Positions 1 through 10,164 are shown, counted from the first letter of the stretch. The stretch: 64,000 bases of DNA from an uncultured Anaerolineales bacterium (GCA_964621835.1 CAZUMA010000003.1:1727-65726), one strand, 5' to 3'. Numbers and translations are program-made. Notes: generated by a model not told the origin, from the sequence alone.

Positions 1-1
1 C

Positions 2-355
2 CTCACCTTAATCGCCCAAACTGCCAGCGGTACAGCGATATTTGTACTGGGGTTGTTTATCTACGATCGGTTTTCGATGGAAACGATCAAAAAAGCTCTT
101 GGGTTTTCAATTTTCCGGATGGTTGCCCTGCCAGTGGCCGCCCTGGGGGTTGTGAGGTTTTTACTTCCCGACGCAGGGGATCTGGCTCAGTTCCTTCTGC
201 TTGAAAACGGCATGCCAGCGGCAATTGCGCTGGTTGTTTTCGCCGAGCGGTACCATTACAAAATCGCAGAAACCGCTGGCATGGTCAGCCTGACCTCAAT
301 CTTCAGTTTTCTGAGCCTCACAGGGATTTACTATCTCTCCCAACTTTTGCATTAG
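2..355 (+). CDS. AEC (auxin efflux carrier) family permease, C-terminal fragment; the 5' end lies outside the window
   Basis: Frame is open from base 2 to the stop at 353-355. The C-terminus is hydrophobic and TM-rich (LLLENGMPAAIALVVFAERY...), as in AEC permeases. Confidence 0.55.
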   Translation, partial: LTLIAQTASGTAIFVLGLFIYDRFSMETIKKALGFSIFRMVALPVAALGVVRFLLPDAGDLAQFLLLENGMPAAIALVVFAERYHYKIAETAGMVSLTSIFSFLSLTGIYYLSQLLH

Positions 356-379
356 GGTGGATCTCCCCCATCCCCAGGA

Positions 380-1111
380 TCACACCTCATCCCAGGAAGC
401 TTTTTCCCAGGGATAGTCCGCCACCTCGCGGGCCTGGGCCCTGACAGCCTGATCCCTGGAGTAGGCCCCGCGATAATGATCAGGCAGCAAGGAAGCAATT
501 TCACGCATTATGCGCTCACCCAGGCGGTCCAGCTGCTCCCGCCGCTGCCGCCCCCGGCCGGTGACCTCCACCGGACCGTAGGGCTCCCCAATTCGAATGG
601 TGACCTTTGGCTGGTTTCGAAACCGCAGCGGGAAAATATCCCGAAATCCCGTGAAAGCCACCGGGAGGATACGGGCCTGGGTGCGGGCAGCAAGGTAGGC
701 CGCTCCAGGCCGGGCGGGCCGCAGCATTTCAGCCCAAGCACCTCCTTCTGGAAAAATTCCAAAATATCCCCTCTGGCTGAGGACATACTCGGCATCCCGG
801 ATCGCCTGCCTGGACCCGGTCCCCCGGTAGACAGTGAGCGTACCCCAAAGGCGAGGCAGCATTTTTGCCCACAGCGGTGTAAAAGCCGGGTTGGCCCCGG
901 AAAACAGCTCAATTGAGGGCGGGGCGATATGCAGCATCGCCACAGAATCCGCAAAGCTGAAGTGATTCCCGGTAATGATCATTGGACCTTCCGGCGGGAA
1001 ATTTTCTTCTCCTCTCAGCTCAAAATCAGTAAAGACCTGAAAGGCAGCTGCCAGCGCAGTTTTGATCATGGATCGGATCCACAACCGCCGGGGATATTGA
1101 ATATGGGACAT
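380..1111 (-). CDS. 1-acyl-sn-glycerol-3-phosphate (lysophospholipid) acyltransferase, PlsC family
   Basis: HxxxxD acyltransferase motif (NHFSFAD) and FPEGG block; about 240 aa. Confidence 0.8.
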   Translation of the reverse strand: MSHIQYPRRLWIRSMIKTALAAAFQVFTDFELRGEENFPPEGPMIITGNHFSFADSVAMLHIAPPSIELFSGANPAFTPLWAKMLPRLWGTLTVYRGTGSRQAIRDAEYVLSQRGYFGIFPEGGAWAEMLRPARPGAAYLAARTQARILPVAFTGFRDIFPLRFRNQPKVTIRIGEPYGPVEVTGRGRQRREQLDRLGERIMREIASLLPDHYRGAYSRDQAVRAQAREVADYPWEKASWDEV

Positions 1112-1137
1112 GTCAGTCTCCTTTTAGGAAATGCGTA

Positions 1138-2685
1138 TTACGGGAAGGATTCTTCCCAATCCCTGACGGGGGACCCGTACAGCTTTCCGGGTGCGTGATC
1201 AGGGTAATAATGATAGATCCTGCGGGCTTCCTGGTACGCTGAGGTGATCGCTCGATCCGTGCCGGGACCGATGCTCCAGGCAAAAAGGAACGGCGAATCC
1301 TGGAAGGGGGAGGAGAGCTGCAACACACTTCCATATGACATCCAGCGATCGCTGTGCACCAGCACCAGCGCGGGGGTCAGCGATTCGGCCTGCGGATTCG
1401 TGAAGGGAAGGATGTCTGCCTGCTCAATCGAATACAGACCCCGCAGGCTTTCCAAACGGGCGGGCAGATAAAACCAGAGATTGGTAAACAACAAAAGATT
1501 CATTAAGCTGAAGACGGCCAACGGCCGGACCCGCTCCCACCCCTGGCGTTCCCGGGGGCTCTGATCAGGTTGAATAGGCCAACCAGCCAACCAGGCAAAT
1601 CCAACTGCTGTCAGAATTGCCAATCCCGGCAGGGATTCGAAATAATATCGCGGACCCAGCAGCCAGGATCCGATCCAATACATCAAGTAGACCCCAACCA
1701 AAGAGAGAAAAAAGCCCAGCAAAAAATAGGTCTCTGCTCGTTTTCTGGCAGCCCACAACCCAAATGGCAAAATGACAAAGGAGAGGGTGCCCCAGCCAAA
1801 AAGATCACTCACCCCGACCCGTAGACTGTGCTTTGTGTTCCACCAGGCCTGACGAAAGCTATGACCTTGCTCCAGAACGCCAACACCCTCCCCAAATCCC
1901 AGCTTATCATAAGGCCACCATAAAGTATACGGATTCAGGAAAGGATCGCCGGTAACCGCCCACTGCCAGACAAAGTGTAGGCTCGCCAGGAGCAGAGCCA
2001 GTCCCCCAATTACCAGGATACGCTGCTTCTGCCCCGGTTTTCCCGCCAAAAATATCCCTGCGCCATACACACCGGCAACAACAGCCAGGGCGATCATGGT
2101 CAGCGGGCGGGTGAGTCCCAGGAGTCCCAGGGAAAGTCCCGCAATCACGGTCGGCAGCCAGCGGATCTTTCCGATCTCTTCCCGGGAAGGGGAAATACTG
2201 TCCCACCAACTGCTGATAAAGATCATGCTGAGTAGCAGACTCCATCCATGAGAAAGCTGGGAACCCACCTGAATCAGGAAAAAGGGAGACAGACCCATCA
2301 GCAAGCTGGCTAGCAATCCGACAATCTCTCCAAACATCCGTTTGGCCACGCGATACGTGAGCCATACAGCAAGGCCGCCCAGGAGTGGGTTGATCCAGTT
2401 TTCAATACCCAGGCGAATGCCCAGGGACAGGACCACCGGCCAGCCCAGGGGATATTTGCCAAATCGCAATCCCTGATAATCAACCACAAAAGGGACCAGA
2501 AAGCTGTCTGGAAATTCCGGGCTGGGCAGGGCGAGCTCGCCCCGGGCCATTACCTGGGCTTGCCAGCGGTAGGCAAACTCATCCTCCAGGTGAGCCATGT
2601 TTTCATACACCTGGCGGGCAACCAGGCCGCCCCCCAGAACTGCCAGAAGAGCGATCAGCAGGGCGATGCGATCGGTCGCTGTCAT
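1138..2685 (-). CDS. Polytopic membrane glycosyltransferase, GT-C / family 39 (ArnT/PMT-like)
   Basis: 515 aa with many TM segments and the overall ArnT/PMT-like layout. The family call rests on architecture only. Confidence 0.55.
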   Translation of the reverse strand: MTATDRIALLIALLAVLGGGLVARQVYENMAHLEDEFAYRWQAQVMARGELALPSPEFPDSFLVPFVVDYQGLRFGKYPLGWPVVLSLGIRLGIENWINPLLGGLAVWLTYRVAKRMFGEIVGLLASLLMGLSPFFLIQVGSQLSHGWSLLLSMIFISSWWDSISPSREEIGKIRWLPTVIAGLSLGLLGLTRPLTMIALAVVAGVYGAGIFLAGKPGQKQRILVIGGLALLLASLHFVWQWAVTGDPFLNPYTLWWPYDKLGFGEGVGVLEQGHSFRQAWWNTKHSLRVGVSDLFGWGTLSFVILPFGLWAARKRAETYFLLGFFLSLVGVYLMYWIGSWLLGPRYYFESLPGLAILTAVGFAWLAGWPIQPDQSPRERQGWERVRPLAVFSLMNLLLFTNLWFYLPARLESLRGLYSIEQADILPFTNPQAESLTPALVLVHSDRWMSYGSVLQLSSPFQDSPFLFAWSIGPGTDRAITSAYQEARRIYHYYPDHAPGKLYGSPVRDWEESFP

Positions 2686-2688
2686 CGT

Positions 2689-3693
2689 TCAAACCTGAAT
2701 CTTTCGCAGGGCATCCAGAGCAGCTTCGTGCAGAATACCATTGGTCGCACACAGGCCCCGGTTGACTGCCAGCGTCCTGCCCTGGGAAAAGTCCAGGGGC
2801 TTTCCCTCCAGATCGGTGACCTTTCCCCCCGCTTCCTCGACGATCAATGCCCCTGCGGCCTGATCCCAAATTTTCTCCCTGTACTGTGGTTTTTCAGGCG
2901 AGAGCAGCCGGAGGTAGATCTCCCCTCCTCCCCCTGCCAGCAGGGCATACTTCACCTGACTGTCCAACCGGACCGGCTGCGCAGTGCTTGCCAGGGCTGC
3001 CTGAAAGGCATCCAACTGTCCGGGGTTGGTATGCCCTGATTCAAAGGACCGCAGCAGCCGGGCCTGGGTCGGATCCGCACTCGAGGATACCCGCAGTTTT
3101 TGAAAATCCAGCTCGGGAAGGGCGTCCCCCAGTCTGGCAATCCAGCTTCCCTGCCCTTTTTTTGCAGCCAGGATCACGCCTCCCTTTGGAGATGACCCGG
3201 TCCAGGATGGGGAGAAGTTGGGACAGCCAAGAACACCAATCTGAACCTCCTTCCCTTCAACGTACGCCAGCGCAGTCGCATATTGTGCCTCCCGTAAAAA
3301 TCCCTTCGTTCCATCGATGGGATCAAGTGTCCAGTATGCATCTCCGGAAGCACCGGACCCCCGGTCAATCAAATCACAGGTCTCTTCAGCCGAGATCCCC
3401 GGCACCACCCTGCTGAGATAGGTGGTGACCGTCTCCAATGTCTCCAGCCCGGATGGTTCACGCAGGACTGCAGCGTTCTCCTCGCCCACCAACCGCGCCT
3501 CAGGAAAGCGCTTGTTGAGATAATATCCCACCACAGCCTGGGCAGCAAAATCCGCCACGGTCACCGGCGACCGATCCTGCTTGGTCAGCGCCGGGGTAAC
3601 CATTTCCCGTTGGATTTCCGCTGCTAAACGGGCCGCTTGCTGAACCGCGGTGAGTGCAAAAGAAATTTTTAAGTCAGTTAATTGAATCATCAT
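2689..3693 (-). CDS. 3'(2'),5'-bisphosphate nucleotidase (inositol monophosphatase fold, HAL2/CysQ-like)
   Basis: IMPase-fold motifs GEENA... and WTLDPIDGTKGF; 334 aa. Confidence 0.75.
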   Translation of the reverse strand: MMIQLTDLKISFALTAVQQAARLAAEIQREMVTPALTKQDRSPVTVADFAAQAVVGYYLNKRFPEARLVGEENAAVLREPSGLETLETVTTYLSRVVPGISAEETCDLIDRGSGASGDAYWTLDPIDGTKGFLREAQYATALAYVEGKEVQIGVLGCPNFSPSWTGSSPKGGVILAAKKGQGSWIARLGDALPELDFQKLRVSSSADPTQARLLRSFESGHTNPGQLDAFQAALASTAQPVRLDSQVKYALLAGGGGEIYLRLLSPEKPQYREKIWDQAAGALIVEEAGGKVTDLEGKPLDFSQGRTLAVNRGLCATNGILHEAALDALRKIQV

Positions 3694-3702
3694 TCCCTCA
3701 AG

Positions 3703-5076
3703 TCATTTATCTGCTAATGTATCCACCTGGCGAGCTGGAACCCCTGTTAAATCATAGACCATTGCCCCGGTAATCCGCACCGGGGTGATCTCCCCGACAG
3801 GAAGTTTTCCTTCGACAATCACCATCCCATCTATCTCCGGGGCATCCCGGAAGGAGCGGCCCAGGGAAATCATCTCTTCTGTATCTTCGATCTCCCCCTG
3901 ACCCTCAATGAGCACATCCAGCGTTCGGCCGATCCAGGCCTGGTTCTTCTCCAGCGAGATCTGCTGCTGCTTGACCATCAGGGTTTCCTGCCTGGCAATC
4001 TTTGTTTCCTGTGGAATTGGATCCCCGAAACGGGCAGCCTCGGTACCCTCCTCCGGGGAATAGGTAAAAGTGCCCAGGCGATCAAATTTCAACTCTTCAA
4101 TAAAGGAAAGCAGCGCCTCAAATTCCTCTTCGCTCTCCCCTGGAAAACCGACCAGAAAAGTGGAGCGAAGCGCCAGGTCCGGCACCTTGTCACGCATCTT
4201 CTCCACAGTCCGGTATATCCACTCCAGGTTGGCGGGGCGTTTCATCCGCTTCAGCACCGCCGGGTGGCCATGCTGCAAGGGCATATCCAGATAGGGCAGG
4301 ATCCGTTCTTCACGAGCCATCAGCTCGATGAATCGATCGCTGACATACCCGGGATAAGCATACAACACCCGCAGCCAATCCACCTCAGGGACTTCCTCCA
4401 GGAGGGCTTCCAGCAGAAGGGAAAGTCCATCCTGCAATCCCAGATCACTGCCGTAATCGGTTGTATCCTGCGCAATCAGGTTGATCTCCCGGACTCCCTG
4501 ATCTTGCAGAATCCGGGCATCCTGGAGGACCTGATCCAGGGGACGGCTGACCGCAGTCCCCTTAATAATCGGGATCGCGCAAAACGCACAGGGACGCCGA
4601 CATCCGTCGGCAATTTTCAGGTACGCAGAGGCTCCCTGCAGGTGCACACTGAAGATCCCATCCGGATTCCTCCCCATCTTTCGCTTTCCCGGAAGACCCA
4701 GAGGCAGAGCCGGCCCAGCGGAATCCCGCAATCGGCTGATCACCCGCAGGATATCCATCCACCTTCGCGTGCCCAGAATCCCGTCAATCTCAGGAACCTG
4801 CTTCTGCACTTCCGCTCCATAGCGCTCTGTTAAACAACCAGCTGCAATCAGCCGCTGTCCGGTGTGCTTGACAGCGGCCAGCTCGCGCAGGACCTGATAG
4901 GACTCCTTCCGAGCGGGCTCAATAAAGCCGCAGGTGTTGACAATGATTACCTCAGCTTGTCTGGGATCATCCACGGAGGTAAATCCTTCAATGTTCAGCA
5001 TCTGCGCCATGCTGCTGGAATCCACGGTGTTTTTTGCACAACCCAGGGAGACCAGGTGAAAACTATTTTCAATCAT
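3703..5076 (-). CDS. rimO: Ribosomal protein S12 methylthiotransferase RimO
   Basis: N-terminal MTTase block LVSLGCAKNTVD, radical-SAM CxxxCxxC (CRRPCAFC), C-terminal TRAM-like domain. Confidence 0.9.
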   Translation of the reverse strand: MIENSFHLVSLGCAKNTVDSSSMAQMLNIEGFTSVDDPRQAEVIIVNTCGFIEPARKESYQVLRELAAVKHTGQRLIAAGCLTERYGAEVQKQVPEIDGILGTRRWMDILRVISRLRDSAGPALPLGLPGKRKMGRNPDGIFSVHLQGASAYLKIADGCRRPCAFCAIPIIKGTAVSRPLDQVLQDARILQDQGVREINLIAQDTTDYGSDLGLQDGLSLLLEALLEEVPEVDWLRVLYAYPGYVSDRFIELMAREERILPYLDMPLQHGHPAVLKRMKRPANLEWIYRTVEKMRDKVPDLALRSTFLVGFPGESEEEFEALLSFIEELKFDRLGTFTYSPEEGTEAARFGDPIPQETKIARQETLMVKQQQISLEKNQAWIGRTLDVLIEGQGEIEDTEEMISLGRSFRDAPEIDGMVIVEGKLPVGEITPVRITGAMVYDLTGVPARQVDTLADK

Positions 5077-5080
5077 CCTG

Positions 5081-6340
5081 TTACTCCGGTGCGGCTGGAG
5101 AAGGTGTTGGGGTGATGGTGGGCGGGGATGTCGCCGTGATGGTCGGAGTCAGGGTGACGGTTGGGGTGGGCGTGGCAATCCCGTCAGCTGTATAAACACG
5201 GCTGACCACCTCGCCGTAGAGGCCCAGTACACCGAGGTCCTGCTGGTTGAAGATCACCTCCACTCCCCCGGCATTGCCGGTGAGAAGTTCAAGCCTGTTT
5301 TCTGCCTCGAAGGTTTCAACAGTGCCAGGAAGCAGTCGCCCCTCAAAAACGACCTGATCATTATCCACAACGATCCTGACCCAGGTGCGCTGAAGAATGA
5401 TCAACTGCACCTGGACATTTTTCGTCGTGAGGGCATTAATTGTCGCTGTTGCCGGGATTTCTTCAAGCTCTGCTGCTTCCTCGGCCAGGGTGAGTGTCAC
5501 CTGGACATCGATCTCCCCTGGGCTTTCCGGACTTGGGGAAAGCGACGGAAGGGGGGTGTCTGATGGCAGCAAGATCTCCGCAACCCCTGGTATCGTCGCC
5601 GTGGCCGGCAGCTCCGCTTCTTGCCGACCAAATACGAAAAAACTGGACCCAACCAGGGCGCCAACCACCAGGAGGATAATACTCAAACCCGTGAGCAGGG
5701 GACCTGAAACCAACCGGCGCAACCAAATCGGGAGGGTGATCCCTGAGCTGCTCTTCTCAGCCGGGGGGTTTTTCGCACGATAGCGCTCCTGGAGTGTCTC
5801 TGCATATTGAAGCAGCAAGGGATCCGGATCCAATCCTAAAAATTCCGCATAATTCTTAACCATCCCCCTCCCCTGCACAGGGGAAGGCAAGCGGTCCAGT
5901 TCCCCCTGCTCAATCGCTTCCAGATACCGCTCCGGGATGTAAATCTGATCTTCCACATTGCGGAGAACATATCCAAGCCGTTCTCGTTGATTTCGGATGG
6001 TCTGCCCCATTGAATTGATGCCCTGATCGGTATCACCTATCGGATCTTTTTCAGCTGTGGGATCTTTGCTTTCAGCTGCTGATTCCTGCCGGGCTTTTTG
6101 AATGATCGGTAGTTGGGCAACCACGGCATCCGGATCCAATCCAAGCGCCTGGGCATAGGCCCGCACGAATCCTTTTTGCTGGATGGGGGACGGCAAAATC
6201 TGAAAGCGGTCTGCCTCGATCGCGGCCAGGTATCTTTCCTTAATCCGCGTGGATACCGACAGCTCGTTCAGCGTGAGGCCCTGCTCCAGGCGGGCCTGCT
6301 GAAGCTGCTTTCCGACAGTGGGAGATTGGTCACTCATCAT
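5081..6340 (-). CDS. RodZ-like cytoskeleton protein with two tandem Xre-type HTH modules, a TM segment and a C-terminal DUF4115-like domain
   Basis: Two copies of the pattern ...ERYLxAIExxxxxxLPSPxQxxGxVxxYAxxLGLDPD, then one hydrophobic segment, a Pro/Ser/Thr-rich linker and a beta-rich C-terminus. Confidence 0.7.
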   Translation of the reverse strand: MMSDQSPTVGKQLQQARLEQGLTLNELSVSTRIKERYLAAIEADRFQILPSPIQQKGFVRAYAQALGLDPDAVVAQLPIIQKARQESAAESKDPTAEKDPIGDTDQGINSMGQTIRNQRERLGYVLRNVEDQIYIPERYLEAIEQGELDRLPSPVQGRGMVKNYAEFLGLDPDPLLLQYAETLQERYRAKNPPAEKSSSGITLPIWLRRLVSGPLLTGLSIILLVVGALVGSSFFVFGRQEAELPATATIPGVAEILLPSDTPLPSLSPSPESPGEIDVQVTLTLAEEAAELEEIPATATINALTTKNVQVQLIILQRTWVRIVVDNDQVVFEGRLLPGTVETFEAENRLELLTGNAGGVEVIFNQQDLGVLGLYGEVVSRVYTADGIATPTPTVTLTPTITATSPPTITPTPSPAAPE

Positions 6341-6418
6341 CTAATACAAATACCGGTCTGGCCAGCAGCTCGGCTGGTTCCAGACCGGTTATTCCTTTTC
6401 TTTTCCCGTTTCGAAGGA

Positions 6419-7060
6419 CTATTCAGGTTCTGCTTCCCCAGCGTCGTCTGCTTCCGTAACTTCGCTGGGTTCCTCTGTCCCCGAGGATTCAGCCTGACCG
6501 GTTTCAGGAACCTCATCGATCAGCTCATCAGCTTCCTCCTCAATGATCTCGTCCAACGCCTGCTGCGCTTGCATTGCCATCTGCTCTTCCTCCTCCAGCG
6601 CGGACTCGGGAGTCTCTCCCTCGCGGTGAACGATTACTTCAACTACCGGAATCAGGTCAACTGTCAATCGAACAGCGACCTCATGTTTTCCGATGGTTCG
6701 CAGTGGCTGGGATTCAATCTGCTTGGCTTCCACTTCTACGCCGATTTCCTCGCTCACTGCATCCGCTAGCATCTGGGTGTTCACAGAGCCATACAACCGT
6801 CCGGTTTCACTCGCCTTTGCCGCGAATGTGAACAATTTTCCTTCCAATTGCTCTGCAACTCCACCCATCTCCTCATTCATTTGGGCCCGCTTGATCTCCC
6901 CTTGTTTGCGGATGCGGTCAGCCTGTTTGATGGCCCCGTCTGTTGCCAGAATCGCCAGGCCCTGAGGCATGAGATAATTCCTGGCATATCCAGGGGCAAC
7001 TTTTTTCACATCCCCAGCGCGGCCCAGTTTGTAGACATCTTCCAGTAATAAAATTTTCAT
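6419..7060 (-). CDS. rplI: 50S ribosomal protein L9 with an acidic C-terminal extension of roughly 65 aa
   Basis: MKILLLEDVYKLGRAGDVKKVAPGYARNYLMPQGLA is the canonical L9 N-terminus. Start moved to the ATG at 7060, with an AAGGG upstream. The tail is E/D-rich. Confidence 0.9.
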   Translation of the reverse strand: MKILLLEDVYKLGRAGDVKKVAPGYARNYLMPQGLAILATDGAIKQADRIRKQGEIKRAQMNEEMGGVAEQLEGKLFTFAAKASETGRLYGSVNTQMLADAVSEEIGVEVEAKQIESQPLRTIGKHEVAVRLTVDLIPVVEVIVHREGETPESALEEEEQMAMQAQQALDEIIEEEADELIDEVPETGQAESSGTEEPSEVTEADDAGEAEPE

Positions 7061-7235
7061 ATTTCTAGCCCTTTGTGTATAGTGAATAGGTCGGATTCTA
7101 ACGCGAAGGGTACAACGCATCAGACCCGGGAAATTTTACCAGAAGGGGAATACTGAGTCAATGAAGCGCGGTCAGGAGTTCCCGGACTGTGATTTGTGGA
7201 TATAATTCAGCTGACGTTAGGATGAGGAGATTCTG

Positions 7236-8069
7236 ATGCGGTCCAAGACTCTGGTGGATTGGAATAATTTTTCGATCCTCGTTGAGGTTGTCCCTCCAGC
7301 CCACAGCAATCCTGAGCCAGTGCTTTCAGATCTGAAAGAAATCGCCCGGCTGCCCCTGACTGGGTTCAACATTGCCACCAATCCTGTTGCCAAACCCCGA
7401 CTCAGCGCTCTTGCGATGGCGGCATTAATCCAAGAACAAACGGGAAAACCTGCGGTGCTGCATCTCACACCGCGGGACCATAACCGCCTGGCCCTGCAGA
7501 GTCAGATTTGGGGTGCGAAGGCACTGGGGATTGATACCGTCCTTGTCACCAGCGGGGACCGACCGGCGACAGGACCGAACGCGGACACGTCGTTTGTTGG
7601 GGATCTCACCGTGTTTGAATTGATCCACCTCTCAAACGAGGCAGGCCTTCAGGTGGGGGTTGCTTTCGATCCTCCCCGGGCAATAAAGCAGCTCTCCAAG
7701 GCAGTTGAGCGCTTGGCAGAGAAAAAGGCCGCGGGCGCTGGCTTCGCGATCACCCAACCCGCTTACCAGGAGGAGACCGCCCGTTTTTGGTCCAGCAAGC
7801 TCAAGAAGGTTGGGATCCCGATCCTGGTGGGCATCCTCCCTTTACTCTCCAAAAAACATGCGCTGTTCATGGACCAGCATGTGGCAGGGATTCACATCCC
7901 GACAGCAGTCCTTGAAGCAATCAACCAATCCAATCAGCCGGCAAATGTGGGGATAGAAAATGCCCGGTCAATCATCCAAATCAGCCGGGGTCTGTTTCAG
8001 GGTGTCTGCCTGATGCCCCCCTTTCAACAGTATCAGCTGGTCGCGGACCTGATTTCATCCCCGGGATAA
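7236..8069 (+). CDS. Methylenetetrahydrofolate reductase family protein (MetF-like)
   Basis: TIM-barrel MTHFR-like pattern (VEVVPP..., LHLTPRDHNR, GIDTVLVTSGD); GAGGAG RBS 6 nt upstream of the ATG. Confidence 0.7.
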   Translation: MRSKTLVDWNNFSILVEVVPPAHSNPEPVLSDLKEIARLPLTGFNIATNPVAKPRLSALAMAALIQEQTGKPAVLHLTPRDHNRLALQSQIWGAKALGIDTVLVTSGDRPATGPNADTSFVGDLTVFELIHLSNEAGLQVGVAFDPPRAIKQLSKAVERLAEKKAAGAGFAITQPAYQEETARFWSSKLKKVGIPILVGILPLLSKKHALFMDQHVAGIHIPTAVLEAINQSNQPANVGIENARSIIQISRGLFQGVCLMPPFQQYQLVADLISSPG

Positions 8070-8095
8070 AAAAAACGGGCCGAGAAGTTCTGCCA

Positions 8096-9109
8096 TCAGA
8101 ACACCCCCTGACTTCGCTGAGCGATGATCACTGCCACCAGGAACCCGAGGAAAAGGATCAGAAGGGCTGCTGAGATAAAAACTCTCAGCTGAGATCGTTT
8201 GTCCCGGATCTCCAGATCAGGGGGCGATCCTTCCAGCAGGTAAAGCGGGCCAGCAGTAAACGCAAACAGACTCCCACCCACCAACCCGCCGATATGACCC
8301 CAGTTATCAATCCCGGGAGAAAGACCAATGATTAAATTGATTCCAGCCAGTCGGATGATTTGCCAGAGCTGCTGCTGAAAACGGGATCCAAACAGCTGGC
8401 GATGCTGGTAAATGAACACCCCTTCAGCTCCCAGCAAACCAAAAATCGCTGTTGATGAGCCCAGGGAAGCCCCCTGGGTAAACAAAAATGAGCCGATATT
8501 TCCAGCCAATCCAGCAATGCCATAGAGCAGAAGGAAGCGCACCGGTCCAAAAAGACGTTCAATATTTCTGCCCATCAGATAAAGAGCATACATGTTGAAA
8601 CCGATATGCACCAGGGATCCGTGGAGCAGCATCGGGGTCAGCAGGCGCCAGTATTCCCCCGCCAAGATTCGGGAATTGATCTTCATGCCGTAAAGAGCCG
8701 GGACATCGTAGTTGAAGACAGCCTGCGTGCCGATTTGAAGAAGATACACAAAGATGCTCAGCCCCATGATCAGGTAAGTCAGGTACGGAGTTCGATCCGG
8801 CAGCTGAATTTGCACGGCAGGGCCCGCTTGCGGCTCCCGGGGTAAACCATGGACGATCTCCTCCCGGGTGATGGAGATTTCCAGGGAGGAAGGGTCGGGG
8901 GCAAGCCCGGGGATCTCGGAAATATCGATCAAGGCAGTATTGGCCTCCTGCAGGTCCCTCCAGGCCTGGGCGGCCGCCTGTTCCAGACGATCTCTGGCAG
9001 CTGGAAGGCTCCAGGGATCAACCCCGAGCTTATTGAAAATCTTCGCCCTGATAATCTGGATGATTTCTGCCTGTGTCCCGGCGGGGATAGAAGAAGGCTC
9101 CCGGCTCAT
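8096..9109 (-). CDS. Rhomboid family intramembrane serine protease
   Basis: Catalytic Ser block GASLGSSTAIFGLLGA and catalytic His block WGHIGGLVGG within a 6-7 TM core. Confidence 0.85.
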   Translation of the reverse strand: MSREPSSIPAGTQAEIIQIIRAKIFNKLGVDPWSLPAARDRLEQAAAQAWRDLQEANTALIDISEIPGLAPDPSSLEISITREEIVHGLPREPQAGPAVQIQLPDRTPYLTYLIMGLSIFVYLLQIGTQAVFNYDVPALYGMKINSRILAGEYWRLLTPMLLHGSLVHIGFNMYALYLMGRNIERLFGPVRFLLLYGIAGLAGNIGSFLFTQGASLGSSTAIFGLLGAEGVFIYQHRQLFGSRFQQQLWQIIRLAGINLIIGLSPGIDNWGHIGGLVGGSLFAFTAGPLYLLEGSPPDLEIRDKRSQLRVFISAALLILFLGFLVAVIIAQRSQGVF

Positions 9110-9735
9110 AACGTCACTGACCTCTGATGAACCCGATGCTGCTCTGCGCTGATGATGGCTTCAATGACATCCACCGTTCTCCCCAGCTGATCCTCCCTGT
9201 TCACGACCAGATAATCAAAGATATCAATTTTTTTCATTTCCTGCCGCGCGGTGGCAATGCGCAAGTTGATGCTTTCTTTGGTTTCCGTCTTCCTTTTCTT
9301 GAGGCGGTCGATCAGCACTTCTTCTGTTTCCGGACCGAGGAAGATCAACAGGGCCTCTTCGGCCAGCTTCCGCACCGTTGCTGCCCCCTGGACATCAATC
9401 CGCATCACGACATGCTTTCCGCTCTGCAGCGCTTCCCGGACCTGGGCCTTGGGGATGCCTTTATAATCCTGATACACCACGGCATATTCAAGCAGTTCAC
9501 CCTCATCAATCATGCGGGCAAACTCATCCTCCGAAAGGAAAAAGTAATCCACGCCATCTTTCTCCCCGGGCCGGGGTTCGCGTGTTGTGGCCGTGATCAC
9601 AAAATGAAAGGGTAGATCCCGGACCTTCATCTCTTCCAGCACGGAATCCTTCCCCACCCCAGAAGGTCCGGAGATGACAATCAACAGCGGGTTTGGTTTT
9701 CTGGGCCTCATGGGGTCATTCGTGTGTGTGCTCAT
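9106..9735 (-). CDS. gmk: Guanylate kinase
   Basis: P-loop ISGPSGVGKDS, TTREPRPGE, YAVVYQDYKG; its stop overlaps the start of the rhomboid gene. Confidence 0.9.
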   Translation of the reverse strand: MSTHTNDPMRPRKPNPLLIVISGPSGVGKDSVLEEMKVRDLPFHFVITATTREPRPGEKDGVDYFFLSEDEFARMIDEGELLEYAVVYQDYKGIPKAQVREALQSGKHVVMRIDVQGAATVRKLAEEALLIFLGPETEEVLIDRLKKRKTETKESINLRIATARQEMKKIDIFDYLVVNREDQLGRTVDVIEAIISAEQHRVHQRSVTL

Positions 9736-9801
9736 GGAAAAAAAACCTCATCGGATTATAATATGGATCAGAAGAGAAGGATCTGTTCTGGAGAGATGGT
9801 T

Positions 9802-10164
9802 ATGCCCCATTATGATTTCAAATGTAAGGAATGTCAGCATCATTTTACTGTATTCATGAGTTATCAGGAATATGACAACGCAGCGATTACCTGTCCTGAG
9901 TGCAGCAGTGAGGACATCCGCAGGGTGATCAAGCCGATCCGGGTGGCCCGCTCTGACGAGTCCCGCCTGGAATCGCTGGCGGACCCCGCTGCCCTGGCCG
10001 GCTTAGAGGATGATCCAAAAGCACTCGGCAGTATGATGCGCAGGATGAGTTCAGAGTTAGGGGAAGACCTGGGACCGGAATTTGACGAAGTCGTTGATCG
10101 ATTGGAAAAAGGACAATCCCCCGAAGACATTGAAAAAGAGCTCCCGGATCTGGGCCTGGATTAG
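9802..10164 (+). CDS. FmdB-family zinc-ribbon regulatory protein
   Basis: MPHYDFKCKECxxxF...CPECSS double CxxC zinc ribbon. Start trimmed to the ATG at 9802, downstream of GGAGAG. Confidence 0.7.
   Translation: MPHYDFKCKECQHHFTVFMSYQEYDNAAITCPECSSEDIRRVIKPIRVARSDESRLESLADPAALAGLEDDPKALGSMMRRMSSELGEDLGPEFDEVVDRLEKGQSPEDIEKELPDLGLD

Noticed and set aside
9724-9801. Long N-terminal extensions in the ORF track: 9724 (FmdB), 10979 (tmk), 15061 (pdxS), 7120 (rplI), 24387 (cytochrome c), 47322 (cbiM), 51668 (dnaN), 43704 (sbcC).
   Set aside because: In each case the conserved family N-terminus begins at an internal ATG that has a better-placed RBS, or the extension overlaps the neighbouring gene. 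The starts were trimmed accordingly.
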